Shown here piece after piece: positions 52,973 to 64,000 of a stretch of 64,000 bases of DNA (positions are counted from its first letter, which is position 1; each line of letters starts with the position of its first letter). The stretch is taken from NCBI GenBank assembly GCA_034780895.1, contig JAUZTB010000107.1:67042385-67106384 (forward strand), given 5' to 3'. Origin of the DNA: Rhynchobatus australiae (Eukaryota). The notes beneath the pieces are model-generated. The model ran no database searches. It saw only the letters and a program-made list of their open reading frames with translations, and was not told where the DNA came from. Made by a program: the position numbers and the translations under genes.

Positions 52973-53139
52973 CTAAGATGCTGGGATCAGCACGTATCAT
53001 CTTCTGTTTTTTCTTTCTCTTTACAGACTGTCTTTCTATTTNNNNNNNNNNCAGATTCAAAATTTGGTTGCTGATTTCTGCTGTGATTTGATGGATAGAT
53101 GGACTGTAGACCTGTTTGAATTTCAGAGCATCCTGAATC
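52973..53139 (-). CDS. GIGYF2: GIGYF2 penultimate exon (DSGCSEIQTGLQSIYPSNHSRNQQPNFES..QSVKRKKKQKMIRADPSIL/G), interrupted by a 10-N gap
   Basis: Acceptor gtgctttag|, donor tag|gtcggt. KKKQKMIRADPSILG motif. The frame is broken only at the gap (53032-53051). Confidence 0.92.
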
Positions 53140-54583
53140 CTAAAGCACAAGGCACATCAAAATCAAATTAAATAATATACTTCTTGAAAAATATACAAAT
53201 TAAAAAAATTGTTTTTTTAAAGCAACAAATTATCTGCAGACATGAACAAAATCCCTTCTTTTCTTAGGCTTTTGTCCCCTNNNNNCATTTGCCTATTTGG
53301 ATTTTTTTTAAATGCTTCCTTACGTCGAACTATTCATTAAATATTTTAACCAATTTTCCTTGGCCACTGAAGCCTGGCACTGTTTCACCTCTTTCTTCAA
53401 ACATTAGCAAGTGGAAAATTACAGGATTAGTGGCACTGTAAAACACTTTTTAAAAAAAAATCAGCTACTGCCAAAATAAATCAAAATCACACTGACTATT
53501 GTGAATAGTGGGAAGGAGACATTTCTGACTAAAAATATTTAAACTCATGAAATTATGCTTGTATATTGTGCCAGTGTTAATTTGAAAGTTGTTTTATATT
53601 GCTTTAAGCAAAAAGATTCAAGGTGACAATGTTATAATTAAAATTAATATAATACATAAAATGTAAGTAATTTCAATTAGAAGGTAAAAAAAGTACAGAT
53701 ATCTGCATGGTTTTAATTATAACCTCAAGATATCTTGAAATGCTTCACAGTTAATTAGTTTTTAAGACTGCTCTCATCAAGTGGAAAACATGGAAACCAA
53801 CTTGCACACAGCAAGGCCTCTCAAACTGCAGAATAATCATTCTGGTGGAACTGGAAGCCAAAAAGTAAGTACACTTATGAAAGGAACTGTAAATGTGAGA
53901 AAGATTGAGTTTAAATCTTAAATGAAAGTAGAATAAAGTAGTTCATCAGCAAAGTCAAACTTGGAGATAACAAAATACATTAGCAAATGGGTTTCAATAG
54001 CAGAGGAGCTGCAGCAAGACTTGAGTTGGCTGATACTATATTTAAAAACAATAACTCCTGTAAACAGTCAGTAGATCAGGCAGCAATTATGGAGACCTAA
54101 GATTTCAGGATGAACACCTTTCATCAGAATTAGTAAATTTAGAAGATGCATGTTTTAACTTGGGAGGAGGAGGAGAGAAAAAAAGGGCATGTCCACATCT
54201 GCAGCCATACATGAAACAAGTGTAGGTCACTTGGATTCTCAATTGCTCTGCCATCATCTACAGTTTCCTGCCATCCTGCTATTTCCCTTATTTTCTTTTA
54301 TATCCAGAAATTTACCAAATTTCTTTTGAATTCAATTGATGATTGAGTATTCACATTGTTTGGGTAAAGAATTTCAAAGATTCACCACCCTCTGAGTGAA
54401 GTAATTTCTCTCTATTTCAGTCCTCAAAGAGACCTCCACTCCTTTGCTGCCTCCGATTATAGATATACCTCTTGTTCTCCCCCTTCCCTGCAACTTAAAA
54501 CATGCTTATTTTCTAACTTCTCCTAGATGGGCATTGACCTGAAATGTTATGTCTTGTTTTTTGCTCCATAGATGTTTCCTGAT

Positions 54584-54606
54584 CCTCTCTCTCTCTCTCT
54601 CTCTCT
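54584..54606. repeat. (CT)n microsatellite
   Basis: Directly visible. Confidence 0.9.
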
Positions 54607-56070
54607 GAGGTGGTCATTGCAATGATAAGAACATTACTTGACACTTTGTCTGAATACTGAAAATTGTCTGAATGCAGGACAAGTAGTCTGACAGCTTACA
54701 AATTGGGGATGTTGAGGTAAAGCTGGGAGCTATCAATGTAAAGATGGAAATTGAAATCATGTTTGCAGGTGATAATGCTAAGGGGTAGAAAGGAGACCAC
54801 AAAAAGGGGACCAAGCATAGATCATTGGGGATTGCAAAGATACTTGAAAGTGTGGGAAGAAGAGCCATTACTGATGATTCTCTAGCTACAATTAGATAAA
54901 TAAGAATAGAACTAATGCAGTTTTATCCACTTGAATAACAGTAGAGTTGCATTAGTGTAGCACGTTGTGGTCAGTCATGTCAAGGGCTGCAGATATGTCA
55001 AAGGACAGAACATGACAAACACCAAGAATGTTACTGATGACTTTGTTTACAACTGTTTTGACACTGTAGCAAAAATGGAAACCTGCCTGGAGGGACCTCA
55101 GCCAGGATTTCTGGGGAAGGCCGACAGAAATTTGAAATTTTATAGGAGACTAAGATGATTAGCTAATGCTAACCAATACAGAAAACTGAATACTAGAAAA
55201 GTATTATGATAGTACAGGGGCAGCAGAGGTGCTAAGAGAGGTGGCAGAGGTGCACAATTTGACATCATTAGAACACTTGTGGTTTGCAATTGATGGCAAC
55301 GAGAGAACAAAAAAAAAGTAATATCGGTGCATAAAAACATAAAAAACAGAAGAAACATTAAAAAAATTAATATCTAAGTGATAGCAGGACCAGGAGGACA
55401 CCACTTCTGCAGATGCTCTGTCAGTGCTCAATTGGTAAATGCTGACAAGTGAGGGAAGTTTCATTGTACTGGATGATGGATAAGATGAGTTATAAATTGC
55501 TGAATGTCAAGACTGAACAAATGTGATGTGATTGAGGAGAACACTGGCTGTGAAACAGAAAAGGAGCTGCACAGGAGAGCAAGTATATACAGAGCCATGT
55601 GAAAGTGAGCAAGACAAAAGACACAAGAGACCAAGAGAAGGAAGGAAAAAGCATACAGTACCCATGACAAATAAACTGATGTTCTAAATCTTGATGTCAA
55701 AGTTCACCATGTACTCAGGGAAAGTGAATGAGAAAAGAAGTTGATGATGTGCTCCCAGATAATTCTAGAACAGAATTGTTTTGGCAGAGGACTCTGAAGC
55801 TTGGAAACCTTTGATGTGGCCCAATCTTTATTTCAGAATGGACAGCTATGCCAAATGTGCATCAGAACCAAACAAGTATAAATCTGGACTGGAGGGAGTG
55901 AAGAAAGTTCTCCTGAAATGAAATATCAAACTAGTAGACTGCACATAGATTAGACAATGCCATCATGCAATATCAATCAGTTTTTGACATGTACTTGCAT
56001 CAACTCTGCCATTAGATAACTGATTATCTGTAATTAAAATTGAGTACATTCCAATGTTTATTGCACCAAC

Positions 56071-56240
56071 CTGCTGTTGTGGCAACTGCCGCTGTTGATT
56101 GGCTCTCTGTTTGGCACGGCGTCCTAGAAATTGCTTTGCAAATTCTTTTGTTTCTGGGGTATCACCAAGGTAAGCTCGGATATAATCATGAACTTCATAA
56201 GGAGAATCGACCTCTTTCAAAAAGGAGACAAATGTAGGAA
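56071..56240 (-). CDS. GIGYF2: GIGYF2 exon ((V)PTFVSFLKEVDSPYEVHDYIRAYLGDTPETKEFAKQFLGRRAKQRANQQRQLPQQQ)
   Basis: Acceptor ctctttccag|, donor cag|gttggt. 170 nt, phase 1/0. Overlaps track ORF 55963..56220. Confidence 0.96.
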
Positions 56241-56553
56241 CTGGAAAGAGATAAATAAATACCTTAGTGGATAGTTAAGTTTTCTATACACAGACAGCAA
56301 TATTACCTATATATTTAAACTTGTACATTAATCCTTATTGTTGGAGGAGGAGCCTATAATCATTCAACGCTCAATTCATTGACATTAGAGAAACATTTAG
56401 AAGTACAATTTTTTTGCAACCTTATCAAAGAAAATTTGAAGTTTTGCATGAAAAAGTGCATGAACCTGCTGGGCTTCAACCTTTCAGCCTGGAATATTAA
56501 AGCCAAGATTTCTAAAATCAGTGCAAAGGTTAATTGTATAAATTAGTTCTCAC

Positions 56554-56708
56554 CATCCAAGTTATTAGCTGTGTTTAGAACTTGCAACATCTGCTCACAC
56601 CATAAGGTAAATCCATCTTGTGCCTTGTTCACCCCCTGAAACAACTTCATAAGCTTTTCTTCCTCTTCAGCTGTTTTATTTGGTTTGTTCTGAACTCCAT
56701 GAGACTTT
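56554..56708 (-). CDS. GIGYF2: GIGYF2 exon (KSHGVQNKPNKTAEEEEKLMKLFQGVNKAQDGFTLWCEQMLQVLNTANNLD/V)
   Basis: Acceptor gctatttcag|, donor g|gtgaga. 155 nt, phase 2/1. Near identical to GIGYF2 EEEEKLLKLFQGVNKAQDGFTQWCEQML. Confidence 0.96.
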
Positions 56709-57539
56709 CTGAAATAGCAAGTTAAGTATTATGATTATTAAGAGATCAAAATATCTCAGACTTTAGACACAACTGATTTTTTTGATGGGTGGGTAAATGA
56801 GAGTGAGCCAGCCCACATAGGAATGCTGGAGGTTCAAGGAAAGATTAAATTTGTTCGATTGGTACAATGGAATCAATCAGGATGATTATGAAATTTAACT
56901 TTATTTGGGCAGGGAACTTTAGGCAGGGTTGGGGTGCACAGAAGAGGGGTAGAGGGTAGAAGCTGCAAATCATTCTTGAATCTTCAGATACCATTCCAAA
57001 TCTAAAATGTTAGCTCTTATAGATAATAGTATGATATTGTAGAAAAGGTTAAGAACAGATTCTTAAAGGAACGCAAAATAAATCTTAATGAGCAAATGTG
57101 ATGTCAGCTCCGATTCCTCTGTTTACTTATGATTTCAATACTGTTCAAATGAGAATGGATTATTGCTATCAGTGGGTTTAGAGATGAACAAATTAACTTA
57201 ATTATTATTAATGCATTCTTCCACAGTCAACAATATTGTCCATAAATAATGGACTACAATTTAAAATCCACTACAATAAAAATACCATACTTTAGATATC
57301 ACCCAAAATAACAGAGTTTTTTTTCCCTACTTAAAATATATGGCAGGTGTAACTTATAAGTGAACATAACATCCAGAATCCATGCTTTGTTTATTGGCAC
57401 AAATTTCAGAAAAGCAGGGAATACTAATGGCACAAGAAAGGAAATACTGGAAGTTTTCCATAATCTGCAACAGATTCTGCAGGATTCTTATAGGTTTTTT
57501 TTAGAAAGCACCTTTTGATACAAAAGATTTAGAATATAT

Positions 57540-57805
57540 ATCACCAGGCTCGAGGGCAGCCTCTACCCCACTGTTATCAACTATGAGACTCTTGAACAGA
57601 CCTCTTGTACACTAAAATTGAACTCTTCTACCTCATCATGGCCCTTGCATTTTGACTACCTGTAATGCACTCTCTCTATAACTGTTACGCTGTATTCTAC
57701 ATTCCCACCCCTTTTGTACTACCTCGATGTACTTAAGAATGGAATAATCCATCTTCATAGTACTCAAACAAAAACTTTTCACTGTATCTTGGTACATGGG
57801 ATACC
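57540..57805 (+). mobile_element. Rex1-like LINE 3' end
   Basis: caccaggctcgagggcagcctctacccc...aaacttttcactgtatcttggtacatg. Confidence 0.65.
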
Positions 57806-58056
57806 AATTATTAGAATATCTGCAGTCCTGTTGCAACAGTTGAAAGACGTCCATTATTAAGCTAATAGAGAAAACTGTCCTCAAAGCAACTCTATATTCA
57901 GTGATGCCAATTGTTATTACTATGGGTTTCCCTATACAAACCTTTGCTCAATTATGTCATATATTGCACTGTAGATATTGTATCACTTTAAAATCAACAT
58001 GTTACAGTTCATCATAACTAATAATAGGACTTTGGTTAAGTTATTGATTCTCTTAC

Positions 58057-58265
58057 CCATGATTAGAATTGTTCTTGTTACTTTTGGAAGTCTGATTTTT
58101 TGCAGGAGGCCCCACTTCTTTTACAGCCTCATCCCAGAAGCCCACATTTGTGTTCTTGTTATCTGGAGCACCCCAGACACTGCTTATGTCCGTTCCCCAC
58201 TGGTTGGTAGGACTGGTGTTGACTGAGCCCCATACAGAAGTAGTGCTAATTGGTAAACTGGAATG
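58057..58265 (-). CDS. GIGYF2: GIGYF2 exon (HSSLPISTTSVWGSVNTSPTNQWGTDISSVWGAPDNKNTNVGFWDEAVKEVGPPAKNQTSKSNKNNSNH/G)
   Basis: Acceptor gttttatctag|, donor gg|gtaaga. 209 nt, phase 0/2. Matches the GIGYF2 SVWGSINT...GFWDDAVKEVGP region. Confidence 0.93.
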
Positions 58266-61200
58266 CTAGATAAAACAAGCAAAACACGTCTTATTAAAAA
58301 GCAACAAAACTGCAGATGCTGAATATCTGAAATAAGAACAGAAACTGTTAGAAATATAAAGCCAGTTAAGCAGTAGCTATGGGGAGAGAAAAAAAACATT
58401 AATGTGTCAGGTCAATGACCTTTCACCAGAACCAGTTCCAATGCATGGTCTGTAAACTGAAATGCTAACTTTCTCTCTCTCCCTGACTATTCCCAACACT
58501 TTGCTTTTAAGCCATTTTAGAGTGGATTTTAAAGTATGAAATATTGTTGAACAATTATGTCATAAAACACTATACTAGTGGATGCAAACTTCTGTCTTTT
58601 CATCTTATTAAAGTTCTCATTTTACATAAATATTCAAAATTAGAACAGGCTACTTTATCCCAAGTGACAGCTCCCAGCCCATTTTAGGTAAAAGGATAGC
58701 TCATGAAATCTCAAGACTCCAGTGCACGTAAAATAAATTGATATTCACTAAGCATCATAGAATGTCGAACAAAAGCCAAAGATCTACTTCCACAAGACTG
58801 CCATCTTGTTACTTTACCAATAGCAAGCAGAACATAATTGGTTTCTTTTTCCAAAATAAAGATCCACCTTATGGTCTGATAGTTATAAGATGGTCTAGCA
58901 GAGATAACTTGCAATCATTCCTCTCAAGCAATGCGAGGACAAGAAATATATAGATTGATCCCTTTCACTTATGTACCACACATATTTTGTTCTTTAATTT
59001 AGCTATTGAAATGGTTTAATGGGCAGCTCATGGTACACAAGCGCTATGGGTGAAGGTGATACAATTAATGGGCACTGTATCTTTGAGGCATGAGATTTAG
59101 AAAAGTAACACAGTATAAAACAAACATTTCACAAAATCTTGTGCATTTTAAGTTTTTAAATTGTTGGAAAGCCAGTCAATTTAATATCAGCAACCAAGCA
59201 CTGCTACTGGTGATCCCAGTATCCCAATGTTGGGGGAATGGGTTGATTTGTGCTTCTAGAAAACAGTCCCTATTGTGATTTTCTGGAACACAAAGCCCAT
59301 GTGTCAAGAAACGCAAGTTTGAAAAAACTGAATTTTATATCGATTTACTCGCCCCACCCCATACAAAATGTTTGAGAGTGAATTTTATTCCATATCTCAG
59401 ATTTTTGGGTAGTGATTTGTGAATTCTGCAAGGGTAAACTTCTGTAACCNNNNNNNNNNNNNNNNNNNNNNNNNNNNNNNNNNNNNNNNNNNNNNNNNNN
59501 NNNNNNNNNNNNNNNNNNNNNNNNNNNNNNNNNNNNNNNNNNNNGAAACACAAAGCAAATCAAAGAAATTATTGCCAAGAACAACATAATTTGCAATAAT
59601 GATTTCATGGAGCCCTACAGTTCTACCCAGGGAACATCAGTCAATTTTTTCAATTTTAATTGGTTTAAATGAACTCATTCTTTCACACAAGCTACAAATT
59701 AATACTTTTTAAAAAAAATTACCTCATTTGATTTGAAGTGATACATGTTGAAAATGATTTGCAACAAATTAACTTGAACAAAAATGGTACACTACAATTT
59801 AATATACTATAGCATACAACTTGTAACTAATTGTAATACTAGTGTCAAAAAGTTCCAATATACACTTTTCCCTCTACTAAATGATAAACATTAATAAAAA
59901 CTTGGAGATGAACCATGAAAATATCACTCCAGTGTTAAGTTATCCCCTTTTTCATTTATTTAAACATAAACCATCTTGTAAAGACAATGGCAAATCAAGA
60001 TTTAATTCTTTTATGTTTGGATTTTACATAATACTTATTGGTTTAAAACAAGATATTTTTAAATACCAAAATTTTTTAAAGAAATAATCAACTTTCAGAT
60101 GAAAGACCCACGACACAAAATGTTAATTATTTCTCTGCAGCTGTCGCTTGACTTACTAATATCGTCAACATTAGGTTTATATTTCAAATTTCCAGCACCT
60201 GTGACATTTTGCTACAAGATGAGCCACTCTGGACAACAGTGCTTCACACATTTACAACATCCATTTGTAGGCTCATCATGCAGATGATATGTAACAGCAA
60301 AATAACTTAAATCAACATATGTGTATTAGTTAAGCAACTTTTTCAGAATGAGCTATGATGTGGTGCAGACTCAGGCCAAAAGGATCTGTACTATTGCGAT
60401 AAATAAAGCAGCTACAGTATCTTTTTCTTACTTATGCTCAATCTACCCCCACATGCTCATTTCATTCAAGGGATCCCCATTTCCCCTAAATGAATAGTTT
60501 TCCTGTCCCTCCCTAACCTCCTGCTCGTTAACGTAAACAGATAATCTCTTCATAATCACCACCCCAACCCTCCAAACAAAACAACTTGACCCAACCTGAA
60601 GGGGGAGGAGTCAGAGGAAGGAATAGTGTTTGGACTAGCTGTTTGATTGGAGCTAGGGAGGGGGTCAGAATCCTTGGAAAGGAAGGGTTGATGACAAGAA
60701 GTGAGAGAGTAAGAAGAGTTTTCAGTGTTGGGGGGCTTGAAAGCATTGGTTATGAGGAAGTCCAACCTATTTGAGAGAATACATTGTGGAAGATCTACTA
60801 TACCCAACAATCTGTGAATTATCCCAGCAAAACAAGAGAAGGACAGTGAGATCTAAAAGAATTTTAAAGTGCCATCCAGCTTCATGGAAAAAAGTGAAAA
60901 GGTGCTGAGGAGGGGAAAGATAGAAGCAGAGACAAAGCGAACAGAAGGCATCAAGTAGCTTTTTCAAGATCAGAGAACATAAAGAGTAACATCACTGGGT
61001 AAAGGGATTGTCGCTTGATGAGAAATGGAAAAATATAGTCGTTAATGAAATTATCAACCTATGTTTCAAAATAATCAAAAATCCATTTGCTAATTTGTAA
61101 ATCTTGTTCCATTTAAAACAGCAGCAAAATAAAATGTTACTGTGATAGAACTGCATCAAGAAATTCTTACTGAATGTAACTCCATTTGATAGATAACTCA

Positions 61201-61502
61201 TCCCAGCACAATCCAAGGGAGAAAAAGATTGTTTTTCTTCTATTCCTCCCACTGATCCATACCACACATTATAAACAGTAAAACAATGTAGATGCTCAGA
61301 ATCCAAAATGAGAGCAAGCCTTTTCAGAAAAAAGAGTTCTTATGAAAGGTCACAGGGAAAAAAAATCTTTCCACATATGCTACCCAATTTGCATTTTTGG
61401 TTATAAAACCAAGTCCATTTGGTGGAAGGGATTACATGCCAGGGAAGGAGGGTTACCTGCTGGCCATTTGTTCAACCAACCCATTCTTCTCACCAAGCTT
61501 AC

Positions 61503-61610
61503 CTGGTTCCTCTCTGATCTCTTTGATGATTCCTCCCTTTTAATTGCTGTGGTGCTCTTGTATGAAGACTCCTCGTGGCTGCCAGACATGTTAAGCTTCA
61601 TTGCTGCTGA
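61503..61610 (-). CDS. GIGYF2: Candidate in-frame cassette exon of GIGYF2 (SAAMKLNMSGSHEESSYKSTTAIKREESSKRSERNQ)
   Basis: Acceptor ctctctgtaattag|, strong donor cag|gtaagc. 108 nt, no stop, phase 0/0, compatible with the phase-0 start of the 58265 exon. No homology that I recognise. Confidence 0.5.
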
Positions 61611-61779
61611 CTAATTACAGAGAGCAATTCAGAAAGGTGGCAAAGGAAATAGATGGTGAAAGGTGACATGTGAAAGATTCATAAAAAAGAGAAAGATGTA
61701 TATTTAAACAATTAAGCTTGTATGCCATGATTCAGATTGAATACTGTAAGTTGAGTAAAAATAATAGAATTTCAATGTC

Positions 61780-61982
61780 AAGCAAAACTGCTGGAAGAAC
61801 TCAGCAGGCAAGGGAGCTTCTCTGGAGGGAAATGGACAGTTGACATTTTGGGTCAAGACTCTTCGTCTGGATTTTTCTTCGACTGTACATTTGCCTCCAC
61901 AGATGCTGCCTGACCCACTGACTATCTAGCAGATTGTTTTTCTTTGCTCCAGATTCCAGCATCTGCAGTCTTTTGTGTATCT
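61780..61982. mobile_element. Penelope-terminus-derived short element with inverted ends
   Basis: tgctggaagaactcagcagg ... gctccagattccagcatctgcagtcttttgtgt. Confidence 0.6.
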
Positions 61983-64000
61983 GGTATTTCAATGTCATAT
62001 TTTTGAACTTCAATGGAAACCAGTGGTAAACAAAACCAGTCAGTGAGAAAATATAGGCTTCTCAGTCTGTGTACATCATACAGAAGTACAAATAGTGCTG
62101 GAAAATCAAATGCAGGCAAAACTGACTTCTCACTTTGCCCATGGACTCACTATTAAGTGTAGGGGCATTCCTTAAAGTTACAAGGTAAGGGAAAAATATG
62201 ATCTATATTGACCCTTTAGTCTGTGCCAGCCATAGCTAGTGTCATCCTACATATTAGAATGGAATTGCTGAGATTTATAAACTTTATTTTATTTTTCTTT
62301 GTCTGTATATTTACGTTTTTAATTAATTAACATCAGAAGTGGTTTTAAAGTATTGGTAATGTTTTAATTAAAATATTTTAGTTTATAAATCATTTAAATC
62401 AATTCCAACTGCTGTTAAATGTTAAGAACAAGCCTATGAAACAGCGGTGCTGGGGAAAACTTCTGAGAGGCTTGGAGACTGCCCAATTGCAGGTCAGTAT
62501 TGGAACAAATACCTTGACGACTAGGGAAGAGAGGGAAGTGAGCCAAGCGGTGGGGCAGGTGAAATACGATAGGGCCTATTAAGAGTGGCCATACAGTGTT
62601 GCTGCTGGAGAACTGCATTCATGGAAATTTTAGACAAATAATTTTAACTAATTGCAAAGAACAAGTTTTAACAGGAACCATGATATCAGTAGATTATTAT
62701 AAACCATACTTTATTGTCTTCTACTTTTTGGCATGGTCAGAACTATTTCAATTGTCATTAGGGTTGGATTGGAAAAAAAAAGTAAATGTCTTTAAAAAGG
62801 CAGAGGTTCCCACTTTTCACTTTAATCAAAGACATCACAGCATTCTTAACTGAAATCTACTCAATTCTGTGAGTAATACTTGTCAGTGATTAGCTTTCTA
62901 AACAGATTGTTATGGTAGTGATTATAAAGGAAAATCAGAGGAGTTCAAAAACAGTCAAACAAAATTTTAAAAACTTTATTGGATGCATGAATGGTGCAGG
63001 ATTAGAATGCTGCAACACAAAGAGACCATCTGACTCTGAAACTTTGCTCAAGTATTCCCAATTTGTTATCCTTTTATAAATTATTTTCCAAACATTTAGC
63101 CATTTCCCTTTGGGCAAATTGAGAAAATGGCAGATTAAATGGTAAGAAAGTGTTAATAAAAGTCTATACCTAGGTAATGTCACACACAAACGATAGGGTA
63201 CTTTAAAAAGTTGATGGCAGTCCTCACTCTCAAGTCTGAGGTTGACAATGGGACAGATCTTCCACCCAAGTACCAGGGCTTTTCCTGAGACTTACTGTCA
63301 ATACTCCTTGGAAACTTCAAATGTACTTCAGTCACAGGCTTAAGCCAACAATGGCATCGTCACCATGCTGCTTATTCGCTGGCTGCCCTTACATTGCACA
63401 AGTGGATACCCAACGGAGTTCCAAGACACACTGCAGGATCCCACAGACTTCCCACCTCTCAAGCTGGGAAAAGTGCCCACTGAGCCTGGGCCAGGCAAAA
63501 CATAACACGATTATACTGAAATCCATGAGAATAAAAAACTGCCTGACAAATGGCAAGAGGGAGTTTATTTGATTTTAATTTATGTAGTTTATTGCTTTTA
63601 CATGAAAATATTTGGGTGTATTAAGCTTTCAAAAACAAAATCATTACACCTTTTTTAATGATTTCTGAGTGTTTTTCAATGTTTGTAAACTTCAAAGGTA
63701 TTCAGTAACATTCAATTTAAGTGACAGATTGAGAGCTTGTGGAGAACAGGCCAAAACCTCATTTGGTGTCAAAGCTTTTCAGCAATTGCAACCAGGCACT
63801 TTTGATGAGAGAGGCCCTGTGCTTTACTACAATGTACCAGGCAATGTCAATATTCTAGGAACTAACTTCATAACAGAAATCTGAACCCAGAATCATACTG
63901 GATAAAAACACTATATGCACTCAGTAACCTCTAGGTGGCAGGAAATATTTTCTAAAGTCTTATTACATCAATTGGTAATTTATTTTGCATTCAGTGGAAC

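Noticed and set aside
49335-64000. KCNJ13 nested in a GIGYF2 intron
   Set aside because: No inward-rectifier channel motifs seen; the host intron would be further 5', outside the window.

Overview
Vertebrate genomic DNA, very probably from a cartilaginous fish (shark or ray), judged from the V-SINE/HE1-like SINEs and the CR1, Rex1 and Penelope-type repeat landscape. It is a gapped draft assembly with 11 N-runs. The six-frame ORF track is mostly noise because the real genes are spliced. Two genes could be rebuilt by hand on the minus strand, in the same tandem order I recall for human chr2q37. (1) The last five coding exons of GIGYF2 (58265-49267), ending in ...GFSVNASSERLNMGEIETLDDY*, plus a candidate extra in-frame 108-nt exon at 61503-61610. 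(2) A complete three-exon SNORC (C2orf82) gene (38454-38382, 20534-20361, 12769-12660; 118 aa) with signal peptide, Ser-Gly glycosaminoglycan site and transmembrane helix. An orphan ENTPD4-like exon sits antisense in SNORC intron 1, beside a gap and bracketed by a 24-bp duplication. Other points of note are a near-perfect 41-bp-stem hairpin with a third copy in SNORC intron 2, a degenerate ~1-kb foldback at 1.65-2.62 kb, paired SOX-like motifs, V-SINEs with two different LINE tails, and several gap-associated assembly artefacts. I found no prokaryote-type system and cannot claim a wholly new biological system. Homology calls rest on remembered protein and repeat sequences, not on database searches; repeat boundaries are approximate.
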